DNA from: an uncultured Planctomycetia bacterium
GTDB taxonomy: Bacteria; Omnitrophota; Gorgyraeia; Tantalellales; Tantalellaceae
Direction of reading: 5' to 3'
Assembly (NCBI GenBank): GCA_964431495.1
Contig: CAYSJU010000009.1
Location: forward strand, 7,205 to 71,204
DNA: 64,000 bases
A program made the position numbers and the translations under genes. The notes beneath the pieces are model-generated. The model worked only from the letters and a program-made list of their open reading frames with translations, searched no databases and was not told the origin of the DNA. Shown one piece after another: positions 1 through 9,534 of this stretch. Numbering within the stretch: position 1 is the first letter of the stretch; the number at the start of each line of letters is the position of its first letter.

Positions 1-1317
1 GCGAGGAATGCCGGATTTGGTTTTATGCTTCTGGTTTCTGTCTTAACAGGGCTTGGCCTGTTGTCAGCGGCTCTGATCTTGAGAAATAAATTTCCTATTG
101 AAGTGATAGTCGGACTTTGCGCGCTTTCAGTTTATCTCGCACTCAGCAATGTATGCATTTTTTATCAGATCCTTTTAAGGACCAGGCATAATTTTTCCGT
201 GTTAAGCAAGTCCATAATATTTGAAGCCGTCATCAATCTTGTACTTGTAATTTTGCTTGTCAGGAATTTCAAGATATACGGTTTATACGCGGCCTTGATC
301 CTTGTCACTCTTCTTAATACTGTATTTATACATGCTCTCGCGAAATACAATTTTGTATTCCGTTTAAAATTTAGGAGGATCCTGAGCCTGGTAAAAGTGG
401 GTCTCCCGATAACAATAATAGGTTTCCTGCAATGGGGGTTGAACAGCCTGGATACAATAATGATAGCCAAGATGATAGGAGTGACGTTTGTGGGGTATTA
501 TAGCATACCCATTATGGCCAGAAGTTATATTGGACAGTTATCCGGTTTCGGGACCGTTCTTTATCCCAGGATATTAGAGGATTATGGCGCGAAACAGAGA
601 ATAGAGGACATTAAAAAATATACTATAGTTCCGCTGGCCATTAATGCTTATCTATTACCGGTAATATTAGGATTAATGTTTTTTGCAGCTGCGTTTATTG
701 TCCGGATAGTATTACCCAAATTCATACCTGGTATTTTAGCCATGCAGATCCTTCTTATCGGTATGTTTTTCCGCTCCTGTTCTTATCAGGCCGAACATTT
801 TTTGATCGCCCTGAATAAACAGACCAGGCTGATACCTGTTTTCTTAGGTGCTTTAGTATTGAATGCGGTCATGAATTATATTCTCATAAAAAGAGGTTTT
901 GGCATATATGGAGTAGCCTGCGCCACTTCGTTTGTTACGTTTTTGAACTTTATTGTGTTGCAAAGCTATGCGATGAGACATTTTTCCCGAACCAGGGAAA
1001 TCGCGTCATTTTTCGTCAAAATAATCGTTCCCTTTGTTTACACCGCCGCCATAGTGCTTTTTCTGCAAAAATTTCTGGTCATAAGCAATGAGTATATAGA
1101 AGTTACCGTTAAAAGCTGTTTGCTGGTGATATTTTCGCTGCCTTTATTTTTCTATATTAACAAGTCAACCCGGGTATTGAATTTGATACTTGATATGTTA
1201 ATAACAAAGTTCAATCGGACAGGGGTTAAGGACTTTTCGGATAAAAAAGATATTAACAGCGATCTTGGCGAACATGTGAAATCAGATAAGATCAAAGACA
1301 GGATAAAGGTGCTCTAA
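1..1317 (+). CDS. Wzx/MOP-type polysaccharide flippase, 5'-truncated by window edge
   Basis: Frame is open from nt 1 (first ATG at 25). About 12 hydrophobic helices. GLPITIIGFLQWGLNSLDTIMIAKMIG...VGYYS resembles the mid-protein motif of polysaccharide-biosynthesis (MOP) flippases but sits at about residue 125, so roughly 100 N-terminal aa seem to be missing. Confidence 0.6.
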   Translation, partial: ARNAGFGFMLLVSVLTGLGLLSAALILRNKFPIEVIVGLCALSVYLALSNVCIFYQILLRTRHNFSVLSKSIIFEAVINLVLVILLVRNFKIYGLYAALILVTLLNTVFIHALAKYNFVFRLKFRRILSLVKVGLPITIIGFLQWGLNSLDTIMIAKMIGVTFVGYYSIPIMARSYIGQLSGFGTVLYPRILEDYGAKQRIEDIKKYTIVPLAINAYLLPVILGLMFFAAAFIVRIVLPKFIPGILAMQILLIGMFFRSCSYQAEHFLIALNKQTRLIPVFLGALVLNAVMNYILIKRGFGIYGVACATSFVTFLNFIVLQSYAMRHFSRTREIASFFVKIIVPFVYTAAIVLFLQKFLVISNEYIEVTVKSCLLVIFSLPLFFYINKSTRVLNLILDMLITKFNRTGVKDFSDKKDINSDLGEHVKSDKIKDRIKVL

Positions 1318-1318
1318 A

Positions 1319-2056
1319 ATGAAATTTAAACCAGGATCGATCAAGAACAGGCTAAAGTCCTATGTGTGCGAGGCGATAAAAAAAATAAACATAATCCACA
1401 AGCTCGATTATGACAAGATCCCGATCTATTTACATGACAACATTCGATTGGCGTCATGCGCAAAGGAAGCCGATACCGTCAGGTGGATAGAGGGTTTCGG
1501 TAAAGATGATGTAGTTTTTGATATTGGCGCCAATGTCGGCGCTTATTCTTTGATAATGGCAAAATATGCCGGAAAGGTTTACGCTTTTGAGCCGTCGGTA
1601 TTTACTTTTAATACCCTGGTAAAGAATATCTATACGAATAAGGCCTTTAATATCGTCCCTTTGAATCTGGCGCTTTCACGGCGCAAAAAACTCGGAACAT
1701 TCTTATACTCTTCGACGGATCTTGGAAGTTCAAGTAATAGTTTCGATGGAGTTTCGGGGGGAGAGGCGTATAAACAAGAAATGCTTTCTTATAGTATAGA
1801 TGAGTTTATCGAATCCTTTGAAATAAGATCCCCCAATCACATTAAATTAGATGTCGATGGAATAGAGTTCGAGATCTTAAAGGGCGCTGCCAGGACCATT
1901 TCGGGGAAGACTTTTAAATCCTTGCTGGTGGAAGCTGGCGAGCAGGATGATCAGATGTTCTCCTATCTCGAAGATCTTGGCTTAAAAAGGACAGGCAAGT
2001 ATTACCTGGGAGACAGCAAGATACATAATTATCTTTTTACAAAAAAAACGAAATAG
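1319..2056 (+). CDS. FkbM-family SAM-dependent methyltransferase
   Basis: VFDIGANVGAYSLIMAKYAGKVYAFEPS is the typical FkbM-family glycine-rich SAM motif followed by FEP. Starts 2 nt after the flippase stop. Confidence 0.75.
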   Translation: MKFKPGSIKNRLKSYVCEAIKKINIIHKLDYDKIPIYLHDNIRLASCAKEADTVRWIEGFGKDDVVFDIGANVGAYSLIMAKYAGKVYAFEPSVFTFNTLVKNIYTNKAFNIVPLNLALSRRKKLGTFLYSSTDLGSSSNSFDGVSGGEAYKQEMLSYSIDEFIESFEIRSPNHIKLDVDGIEFEILKGAARTISGKTFKSLLVEAGEQDDQMFSYLEDLGLKRTGKYYLGDSKIHNYLFTKKTK

Positions 2057-2066
2057 ATACACAGGG

Positions 2067-3419
2067 ATGAGGGAAAAGAAAAAAATGGATCACGCCGAAT
2101 ACGACATTATTTTTTGGGCGCATGGACATAATGAAACAGAGCGGTTTCTGCCGCTTATTGTAAGCTTGAAAGAGAGGGGCATTAAAACATTGTTGTTTTA
2201 TCAGAATTATGATTTTCGGGATGGTTTATCTTGTGTCCAGCAGAAGATAGTCGGGAGGTACGGGCTCGACATCCTGGATTATTCATATTTTTTGAGAAAT
2301 GATCCGTTGTTAAGATTAACCACTTTGTTCGTTAAAATGTTCAGCCGCGCCCTCAAGGTGAAATTTCTTTATGACAAATTCAGGGGGTTGCGCACCAAGC
2401 TTTTACGGCCGCGTATTACGGAAAAATTCATCAGAAAAATCATTTTAGGGTTTGGCCAGAGAATAAGTTTCTTTGATAACCTTTATTTAACCGAGTACAC
2501 GGATTATCCTTATGGCAGTTATTATATCAAGAAGATTTCGGACGAATCCGGGATAAAATGCTTAAGCATTACTCATGGCGGGTCAGTGTACATAGGAAAG
2601 GTAAAAAATTGTAAAGAAGTTTTCGTGCATTTCGATAAGATCTACGTGCCGAATAGTTATGAAAAGGAATCATTTGAAGAACAGCGCAGATATCCCGGAG
2701 CCACCGAAGTCTTACCGCTGGGAGATCCGAGGTTTGATATCAAGTGGAAGAGTTCGATCAAAGAACTGTTTTCCGAAGAAGTCAGGAAAAAAATAGAAAA
2801 AATGAGATTCAAGAACGGTCTAAAGATACTATACCTGGCCCCTAATATCGAGGCGCGTGGAAAAGGGACATCAGATGCAACAAAATACCAAAGTTTGCGC
2901 GAAATAGCGAAGATATGCAGCTCGTCAGGTAATATCTCGTTACTGATAAAACCCCATCCCAGATACAGGAACGAAGGAAAGATCAGAAAGGTAATGGCGA
3001 AAGCCGGATTGAGGGATTTCTTTATTCTTGAAGACGACCCCCTGATCAGCTATCTGGATTACGTCGATTATATTATTTCTCCGGGAACAAGCGCGTTGGG
3101 GGATATTTTGCCCGAGGGGCACAGGAAGATCATTATTCTGGACACTTTTTTCCCGCCCGCGGGCGTGGAAAATATCTTCAAGGAACATTTCACGTATTTT
3201 GATTCTTATGAAGGAGTTGATGATTTCCTGAGGGGAAAGATCGCCGGCAACCGGGATATGGAGAATGAAACCGACAAGATCCTGCTTTTTTGCCGGAAAT
3301 GGATCGCCGCCGATAAAAGGCTGGATGCTATAATTAACAATCTTACGGACGATATCTGTAATGAAGTCGTCAAAAGCCAGGATGGGAGGCATGGACGGGA
3401 GAATGACGAAAGGGTTTAG
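2067..3419 (+). CDS. Putative GT-B-like transferase with HP motif (TagF / KpsS / sialyltransferase-like)
   Basis: 450 aa, soluble. LLIKPHPRYRN followed by a SPGTSALGD-type segment resembles the HP motif of cytidine-nucleotide-dependent GT-B transferases. No stronger motif recognised. Confidence 0.35.
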   Translation: MREKKKMDHAEYDIIFWAHGHNETERFLPLIVSLKERGIKTLLFYQNYDFRDGLSCVQQKIVGRYGLDILDYSYFLRNDPLLRLTTLFVKMFSRALKVKFLYDKFRGLRTKLLRPRITEKFIRKIILGFGQRISFFDNLYLTEYTDYPYGSYYIKKISDESGIKCLSITHGGSVYIGKVKNCKEVFVHFDKIYVPNSYEKESFEEQRRYPGATEVLPLGDPRFDIKWKSSIKELFSEEVRKKIEKMRFKNGLKILYLAPNIEARGKGTSDATKYQSLREIAKICSSSGNISLLIKPHPRYRNEGKIRKVMAKAGLRDFFILEDDPLISYLDYVDYIISPGTSALGDILPEGHRKIIILDTFFPPAGVENIFKEHFTYFDSYEGVDDFLRGKIAGNRDMENETDKILLFCRKWIAADKRLDAIINNLTDDICNEVVKSQDGRHGRENDERV

Positions 3420-4917
3420 AGTATTGCTTGTTTATCCTTCACTCTTCATGCAAACGGGTCTGCCCCTGGGGATCTCGTCCCTGGCAGCGGCGCTTAAGGA
3501 GAAGGGCATAGAGGTAAAGGTGTTTGATACCGTTTTTTACCAGCTTCCCGGTGATGTTGATGAAAATGTCGAACGGGCTACCGTGCATAGATCGTTCAAA
3601 CTTTTCGATTATAGATCCCTGGGCGTGGTCAAGAACGATTCAGACATGTTCGACGATTTCACAAAGACCCTGGCTGAATATGAGCCAGATCTTATAGGTT
3701 TGAGCTCGATGGAGTGCATTTTTGAGCGCGGGCTCAAATTGACAAGACTCGCGAAAGAACTGATGGATGTGCCGGTGATCGCGGGCGGTATTTTTGCTTC
3801 ATTGGCGCCCGAGGTGGTAATAGAAGAAGGTTCGATAGATATGGTCTGTATAGGAGAAGGCGAAGATGCGCTTGTTGAATTGTGTGAATGTCTGCGGGAT
3901 GGCAACGATCATTCGGGAATTAAAAGCTTATGGGTCAAGAAGAACGGCAAAGTCATGAAAAATGCGCTCGCTCGGCTAAGATCTCTCGATGAGGTGGTTA
4001 AGCCGGACTTTTCAGTCTTTGACCCCAGGATGTTTTACAAGCCGATGCAGGGAAACCTGTTTAAGACCATACCGATCGAGATCACAAGGGGTTGTCCATA
4101 CAGATGCACATATTGCGCGGCCCCGTCACTTAACAGACTGTACAAAAACAGCGGGAAGGACGGTTATTTCCGGGAAAAATCCATGTCCAATCTTTTTTCG
4201 GAAATAAAAGAGAGTATCGAAAAATATTCGCCCGAGTTCTTCTATTTCGCGAGTGAAACATTTTTGGCCATAAACAATGACACGTTCAATGAATTTATAG
4301 AACGCTATAAAGAGATAAAGGTCCCATTTTGGATACAGACACGCGTTGAGACCGTCACTTACGAGAGGATACGAAAGCTCCAGGATGTAGGGCTTTTCTG
4401 GTTGACCATTGGAGTGGAACATGGCAACGAGGGATACAGAAATAAATATTTGAAACGATATACAAAAAATGAAAAGACAATAGAGGTGGTTAAAATACTT
4501 GATAAGTGCGATCAGGGAGCTTCTCTGAACAATATCATAGGCCTCCCTTTTGAAACACGCGAGCTTATTTATGAGACGATCATGTTCAATCGAGAACTAT
4601 TCAAGATCAACGATCGCCTGAAAAGCAATGTATCCATATTTACCCCTTATAAAGGATGCGAATTATATGATCTGTGTGTTTCCAATAAATTGCTGGATCC
4701 CGTGCCTTATACGAATCATACAAATATAATCGGGGATCTGCCCCTTAAATCCGATCTGTTGACCCCGGAAGAGATCAACGGCCTTTTCAGGACTTTTAAT
4801 CTGTACGTATATCTGCCTGACGAATATCTTGATCGGATCCGATCAGCTGAAAGTTTTACGCCGGAAGGGAACAAAGAGTTTGAGTCTCTGAACGAGAAGG
4901 TCGGGGAGTATCTCTAA
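3403..4917 (+). CDS. B12-binding-domain radical SAM enzyme (class B)
   Basis: N-terminal FRVLLVYPS...LGISSLAAALKEKGIEVKVFD is B12-binding-domain-like. ITRGCPYRCTYCAAP is a CxxxCxxC cluster. Start is uncertain: in-frame ATGs at 3361, 3382, 3391 and 3403. Confidence 0.85.
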   Translation: MTKGFRVLLVYPSLFMQTGLPLGISSLAAALKEKGIEVKVFDTVFYQLPGDVDENVERATVHRSFKLFDYRSLGVVKNDSDMFDDFTKTLAEYEPDLIGLSSMECIFERGLKLTRLAKELMDVPVIAGGIFASLAPEVVIEEGSIDMVCIGEGEDALVELCECLRDGNDHSGIKSLWVKKNGKVMKNALARLRSLDEVVKPDFSVFDPRMFYKPMQGNLFKTIPIEITRGCPYRCTYCAAPSLNRLYKNSGKDGYFREKSMSNLFSEIKESIEKYSPEFFYFASETFLAINNDTFNEFIERYKEIKVPFWIQTRVETVTYERIRKLQDVGLFWLTIGVEHGNEGYRNKYLKRYTKNEKTIEVVKILDKCDQGASLNNIIGLPFETRELIYETIMFNRELFKINDRLKSNVSIFTPYKGCELYDLCVSNKLLDPVPYTNHTNIIGDLPLKSDLLTPEEINGLFRTFNLYVYLPDEYLDRIRSAESFTPEGNKEFESLNEKVGEYL

Positions 4918-4935
4918 TGAAGACGGAGGTTTACG

Positions 4936-5700
4936 ATGATCTGTAGCTTAGTATTGGGGAGAAAAGGAAGTGTAGGTTTTCCGGGGAAGAATCTTTTCCC
5001 GGTATTAGGCAGGCCCCTGGCATATTATCCCATAGTGGCTGCCAGAGAAGCAGAAACGGTTGATGAGGTCTATCTTTCCACGGATTCGGGAGAGCTTATG
5101 GCACTGGCTGAAAAAGAGGGAGTAAACGTAATAAAACGGCCGGTGAAACTCTGCACGGACCAGGCAACCGGGCTTGATGCCTTTGTACATGGTTATAATG
5201 TGATAAAGGAACTGCACAAGGACGGTGAAATAGAGTTCATGCTTTTAATGTTTTGTAACGCTCCTACAGTAATACCCGCGGCCATTAATGAAGGAATAAA
5301 GGTGCTGAGAGCGAATCCCGATTACGATTCGGCTGTTACTGTCTCTAAATATAACATGTGGAGTCCTTTAAGGGCGCGGCGGATAGAAGAAAACGGGTTA
5401 TTGCGGCCATTTGTCCCGTTTGAGACCTTCGGTGATCCAAAGAAGATGAACTGTAACCGTGATTCTCAGGGGGATGTGTGGTTCGCTGACGTGGCTTTGT
5501 CCATAGTAAGACCGCGATGCCTTGAAAATATCGAAAACGGCCTACTGCCGCAGAAGTGGATGGGGCAGAAGATCCATCCTCTTAAACAATGGGGAGGATG
5601 CGACGTGGATTATGAGTGGCAGGTGCCGCTTGTGGAATATTGGCTTAGAAAACACGGCTTCACGGAAGATACTACCCCTTATACGGAGGGATCATTGTGA
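4936..5700 (+). CDS. NeuA-type (CMP-nonulosonate/ulosonate) cytidylyltransferase
   Basis: N-terminal LGRKGSVGFPGKNL matches the acylneuraminate cytidylyltransferase family P-loop (xRxGSKGxPxKN). Length 254 aa. Confidence 0.75.
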   Translation: MICSLVLGRKGSVGFPGKNLFPVLGRPLAYYPIVAAREAETVDEVYLSTDSGELMALAEKEGVNVIKRPVKLCTDQATGLDAFVHGYNVIKELHKDGEIEFMLLMFCNAPTVIPAAINEGIKVLRANPDYDSAVTVSKYNMWSPLRARRIEENGLLRPFVPFETFGDPKKMNCNRDSQGDVWFADVALSIVRPRCLENIENGLLPQKWMGQKIHPLKQWGGCDVDYEWQVPLVEYWLRKHGFTEDTTPYTEGSL

Positions 5701-6680
5701 CGGAAGTAAAGCCGGACGCAAATTTTCATTCATTAGGAGGAGTTTCCGTTCATGACGGGAGGTCGGAAGAGTACGGGGAGTATAGAAGATGCTGGTCGGA
5801 ATACCCGTCAAATTTCATTTTAAGAGATTTCCCGATGCACCTGGACATTGAAATAACGAACCATTGTAATTTAAAGTGCACTTTTTGCGATAGACAGCCG
5901 TTTTTGGATAAAAATAAAACAGGGAACATGGATCTGTCATTATATAAAAAGATAATCGACGAAGGCGCGGAACATCGGTTGTGGGGGGTGAAGCTCAGTT
6001 ATAGAGGGGAGCCTTTGCTCAATAAAAACATTATGGAGATGATCTTATATGCTAAACGTAAAGGTATCATGGATGTATATTTTAATACCAATGGGATGTT
6101 GCTAAGCGAGGAAATGAGCAGAGAGATCATTGATGCCGGCTTGGACAGGATCTCTATATCAGTGGAAGGGACGGATCCGGATCTATACGAAAAAATGAGG
6201 ATCAATGCGAAATTTGACACTGTTCTTAAAAATGTCAATAGGTTGATGGAGTTAAGAGAAAAGATGAAAATCGGCCATCCAAAGATCAGGGTGCAGTCCG
6301 TGAATTACTCCGGTTTTGATATTGAAGATTACAGACACTTTTGGCTGGACTACTGTGACGAAGTGGCAATGCTGGATTTTACCGATATGTCAACGCGTGA
6401 CAGCGGACTGATCCGCGACTGGGCTTGTCCGCAATTGTGGCAGCGTATGACGATTGAATGGGACGGCACGGTTTTCCCCTGCAATAACGATGACCTGCGG
6501 CTTATTTCCCCGGGAAACGTAAATAACAGAACTGTTCATGAGTGCTGGCATGATGGCATGGTAAGTAATGTCCGCGTTTTGCATCAAAATGGCCGTTCTC
6601 ACGAGATCAAGGATTGCGATGGTTGTCCCTGGAGGACGGCTCAAATCAAGAAAAAGGAGATATCGGGTGAAGAACTTTGA
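5697..6680 (+). CDS. Radical SAM enzyme with SPASM/twitch-like C-terminal Cys cluster
   Basis: EITNHCNLKCTFCDRQ (CxxxCxxC). C-terminal CPQLWQRMTIEWDGTVFPCNND and CDGCPW. GTG start in a GTGA overlap with the upstream stop. Confidence 0.8.
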   Translation: MTEVKPDANFHSLGGVSVHDGRSEEYGEYRRCWSEYPSNFILRDFPMHLDIEITNHCNLKCTFCDRQPFLDKNKTGNMDLSLYKKIIDEGAEHRLWGVKLSYRGEPLLNKNIMEMILYAKRKGIMDVYFNTNGMLLSEEMSREIIDAGLDRISISVEGTDPDLYEKMRINAKFDTVLKNVNRLMELREKMKIGHPKIRVQSVNYSGFDIEDYRHFWLDYCDEVAMLDFTDMSTRDSGLIRDWACPQLWQRMTIEWDGTVFPCNNDDLRLISPGNVNNRTVHECWHDGMVSNVRVLHQNGRSHEIKDCDGCPWRTAQIKKKEISGEEL

Positions 6681-6684
6681 TCTG

Positions 6685-7668
6685 ATGCGTCCGGAAAAGG
6701 CATATAAAGAGGTTCTTAAACAAAGGGAACTTGACGGGAAAGCATTTTTTGAGAAATATAACAGCCATTTTGCCGATGTTCTTTGTCCGGCCTGCGGCAG
6801 TAAAGGCGCGGATATTTTTGAGAAATACGGGTTCAAGCACGACCTTTGCGAGAATTGTAAAACACTGTTCTGTTCCCCCAGACCTCCGGAGGAGTTGCTG
6901 GCGGTGTATTATAATAGTTATGAAGCGCCTAAAATGTGGACGTCTCTTTTGATCAGAGCTGATGTTGAGAGGAAGATCCTGCAGTATGAACCGCGTGTAA
7001 GAAAAATAGTTTCGGCCGTTAAAGCCCGCGGCGGGGAGAATGGCGGTATAGCCCTGGATCTAGGCGCCGGGTCCGGAGCCTTTTCCCTTTGTCTTAAAAA
7101 TACGGGATTTTTCAAGGATGTGATCGCGCTGGATTTTTCAGAATCCTGTGTTCGGGCCTGCATGGACCGGGGTCTGAATTCATTGCTGGGCGGGATAGAG
7201 AAAATAAGCGGCAATTCGGTGGATCTAATATGCATGAATGATCTTATCGAACACGTATTTGATCCGTTCTCTTTGTTGAAAGAATGTTTCAGGGTTTTGT
7301 GCGATGATGGATTCATCTCCGTTGCGACACCTAATGGAGAGGGCTTTGATTTTAAGATCCTCAAGAATAGAACGGGGAATATCACCCCGCCGGAACATCT
7401 TAATTATTTCAACCCGTATTCTTTAGAGCTTATCTTGACAAATGCCGGATTCCGCACGGTCTTTCTTGAGACTCCCGGTAAATTGGACGTAGAGATCATC
7501 TTGAAAGAGAAGATCTCCGGATTTCCGTTAAAAGAGAACAATGAATACATGGACCATATATTGGAGCAGGACGAAGGGGTTTTAGATAATTTCCAGAAGT
7601 TTCTTTCGGAAAATAAATTATCAAGCCATATGCTTGCTTTGGCCCAGAAGAGCGGAGGCCGGTTATGA
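6685..7668 (+). CDS. Class I SAM-dependent methyltransferase with N-terminal Zn-ribbon
   Basis: CPACGS...CENCKTLFCSP (4 Cys), then ALDLGAGSGAFSL and DLICMNDLIEHVFDP (Methyltransf_11/23-like). The ORF track starts at 6568 but that overlaps the upstream gene. ATG 6685 or GTG 6667 is more likely. Confidence 0.75.
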   Translation: MRPEKAYKEVLKQRELDGKAFFEKYNSHFADVLCPACGSKGADIFEKYGFKHDLCENCKTLFCSPRPPEELLAVYYNSYEAPKMWTSLLIRADVERKILQYEPRVRKIVSAVKARGGENGGIALDLGAGSGAFSLCLKNTGFFKDVIALDFSESCVRACMDRGLNSLLGGIEKISGNSVDLICMNDLIEHVFDPFSLLKECFRVLCDDGFISVATPNGEGFDFKILKNRTGNITPPEHLNYFNPYSLELILTNAGFRTVFLETPGKLDVEIILKEKISGFPLKENNEYMDHILEQDEGVLDNFQKFLSENKLSSHMLALAQKSGGRL

Positions 7669-8759
7669 TGGAACCCAAAAAAAATATCAAGAAATTGTTC
7701 AGGACACAGCCGTTTTCCGCGGACCGGATCGGAAAAATAAGGCTGGACAGGAACGAATGCACTGTTCCTTTTCCGGAAAAGCATTTTAAAAAGATATGGA
7801 GTGAAATGGACCCGGAGGAGATCGTTGCATATCCGGAACTCGAACCGTTTTATGAAAAACTTTCCGGGTGGTTAAAGGTGGACAGGGACCAGGTACTTGT
7901 TGTCAGCGGGTCAGATACCGGGATAAGAACGGTTTATGAAGTTTATATCGGTGAAGGCGATGAAGTGGTCATGCTTTCTCCCACATACGCGATGTATCCC
8001 GTATATTGCGAGATGTTCGGCGGCACAAAAAGAGAAGTAAAGTATGATGAGGATTTTACGTTATCCGTAGAAAAAATACTTGATGCTATAAACGATAAGA
8101 CAAGATTAGTGGCTATCGCGAACCCGAATAATACCGGCACTTCTTTCACGGAATCAGAGATCGTCCGGGTGATTGAGGCCGCTGAAGACGCGGGGGCTTT
8201 AGTGCTAATTGATGAAGCATACTACCATTTTTACGAAAGCACAATGCTGTCTCATATCGGCAGATTTGAGAATCTGGTCGTTGTAAGAACTTTTTCCAAA
8301 GCGTTTGGAATAGCGTCTTTGAGGGTAGGGTATATGGTCAGCAATAAGGACATCATTTCCGATTTAAATAAAGTTAAACTCACTCATGAGATAACAGGCG
8401 TCTCGGCGAAGTTTGGTGAATATCTCCTGGAACATTTGGAGATCATGGAAGAATACGTCAGTGATGTCAGGCTAGGGATAGAATATCTGGCAAAAGAATT
8501 CGGACAAATGGGGATCTTCACCCCGAAAACCTGCACCAACTTCATATTCGCGAAACTGCCGGAAGGCGTGGACGGTGAACGCGTAGTAAAACTATTACAA
8601 GAAAAAAAATTCTATATAAACGGCCCTTTTCAGGACGCGCCCATGAAAGGATGCATAAGGGTCACGGCGGGGCCGGTAGAACAGATGAGGGGATTCCTTT
8701 CCGTTTTTAAAGAGGTTTACGCGGGGGTGCGGGAGCGAAAGGTAACGGAGAAACGATGA
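7665..8759 (+). CDS. HisC/CobD-family PLP-dependent aminotransferase (class I/II)
   Basis: LDRNECT, NPNNTGT, IDEAYYHF and RTFSKAFGIASLRVGY match the histidinol-phosphate aminotransferase family signatures, including the PLP lysine context. Confidence 0.8.
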   Translation: MMEPKKNIKKLFRTQPFSADRIGKIRLDRNECTVPFPEKHFKKIWSEMDPEEIVAYPELEPFYEKLSGWLKVDRDQVLVVSGSDTGIRTVYEVYIGEGDEVVMLSPTYAMYPVYCEMFGGTKREVKYDEDFTLSVEKILDAINDKTRLVAIANPNNTGTSFTESEIVRVIEAAEDAGALVLIDEAYYHFYESTMLSHIGRFENLVVVRTFSKAFGIASLRVGYMVSNKDIISDLNKVKLTHEITGVSAKFGEYLLEHLEIMEEYVSDVRLGIEYLAKEFGQMGIFTPKTCTNFIFAKLPEGVDGERVVKLLQEKKFYINGPFQDAPMKGCIRVTAGPVEQMRGFLSVFKEVYAGVRERKVTEKR

Positions 8760-9511
8760 ACAGAAACATTAAATATAAGTCAAAGGAACTGCTGGAGATC
8801 TATAAGCACGACAGACAGAAGTGGGATGAATTCTATCCGTCGGAGCGATGGGTGTTTGAGAAAATAGGAGGGAATAACAGGGTTCTGGGAGATGTCCTGG
8901 ACGTAGGGTGCGCCTGTGGAGGGCTGGGGATCGCGCTAACTCAAGAGTTCATACTGAATTCATATACAGGGGTTGATATTAATGAAGATGCTGTTATCTG
9001 GGCGCGTAAGGAACGGAAGTTACCCGTATCGGCAACGTTCATAGCGCGGGATATCATTGAATTGCATCCATGTGAACAATATGATACGGTTGTTTCTTTA
9101 AGTTGCGCCGACTGGAACGTGGAGACCGGCAGGATGATAGATGCCTGCTGGAAAAGGGTAAGGAGCGGCGGGTATTTCGTGCTCTCGTTGAGGCTTTCTC
9201 CCGTGAAAGGGATAAATAACACAAAAATGAGTTATCAGCGTATCAGTATACCGGGGAGCGAAAAGGGGTCAGAGGTCGCCAACTATGTGGTTTTTGGTTT
9301 CAAGGAAGCCATGGAAATGATGGGGAAATTATCTCCATTACCGGATTCAGTGGGGGCCTATGGATACTGGGGAAGGCCTTCCCCCTCAGCCTTTACGCCT
9401 TTTGAAAGACTTGTTTTCGCGGTTTTTTACATCAAGAAGGGATCGAATGATCCGGATAGCGCCAAAGAAATGAAAACCGAGTTCAATTTCCCGCTGGATA
9501 TTTTTCTATAA
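8756..9511 (+). CDS. Class I SAM-dependent methyltransferase
   Basis: VLDVGCACGGLG motif I. ATGA overlap with the upstream gene. Confidence 0.7.
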   Translation: MNRNIKYKSKELLEIYKHDRQKWDEFYPSERWVFEKIGGNNRVLGDVLDVGCACGGLGIALTQEFILNSYTGVDINEDAVIWARKERKLPVSATFIARDIIELHPCEQYDTVVSLSCADWNVETGRMIDACWKRVRSGGYFVLSLRLSPVKGINNTKMSYQRISIPGSEKGSEVANYVVFGFKEAMEMMGKLSPLPDSVGAYGYWGRPSPSAFTPFERLVFAVFYIKKGSNDPDSAKEMKTEFNFPLDIFL

Positions 9512-9534
9512 CGATAAATAGGGAGAGTAATCTT

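Noticed and set aside
5697-6680. RiPP cluster hypothesis for the SPASM radical SAM enzymes (also 40998-41984)
   Set aside because: There is no room for a precursor gene because neighbours overlap or abut. No protease, transporter or leader-binding (RRE) gene is nearby. ORFs under 60 aa are not in the supplied track, so this is not fully excluded.
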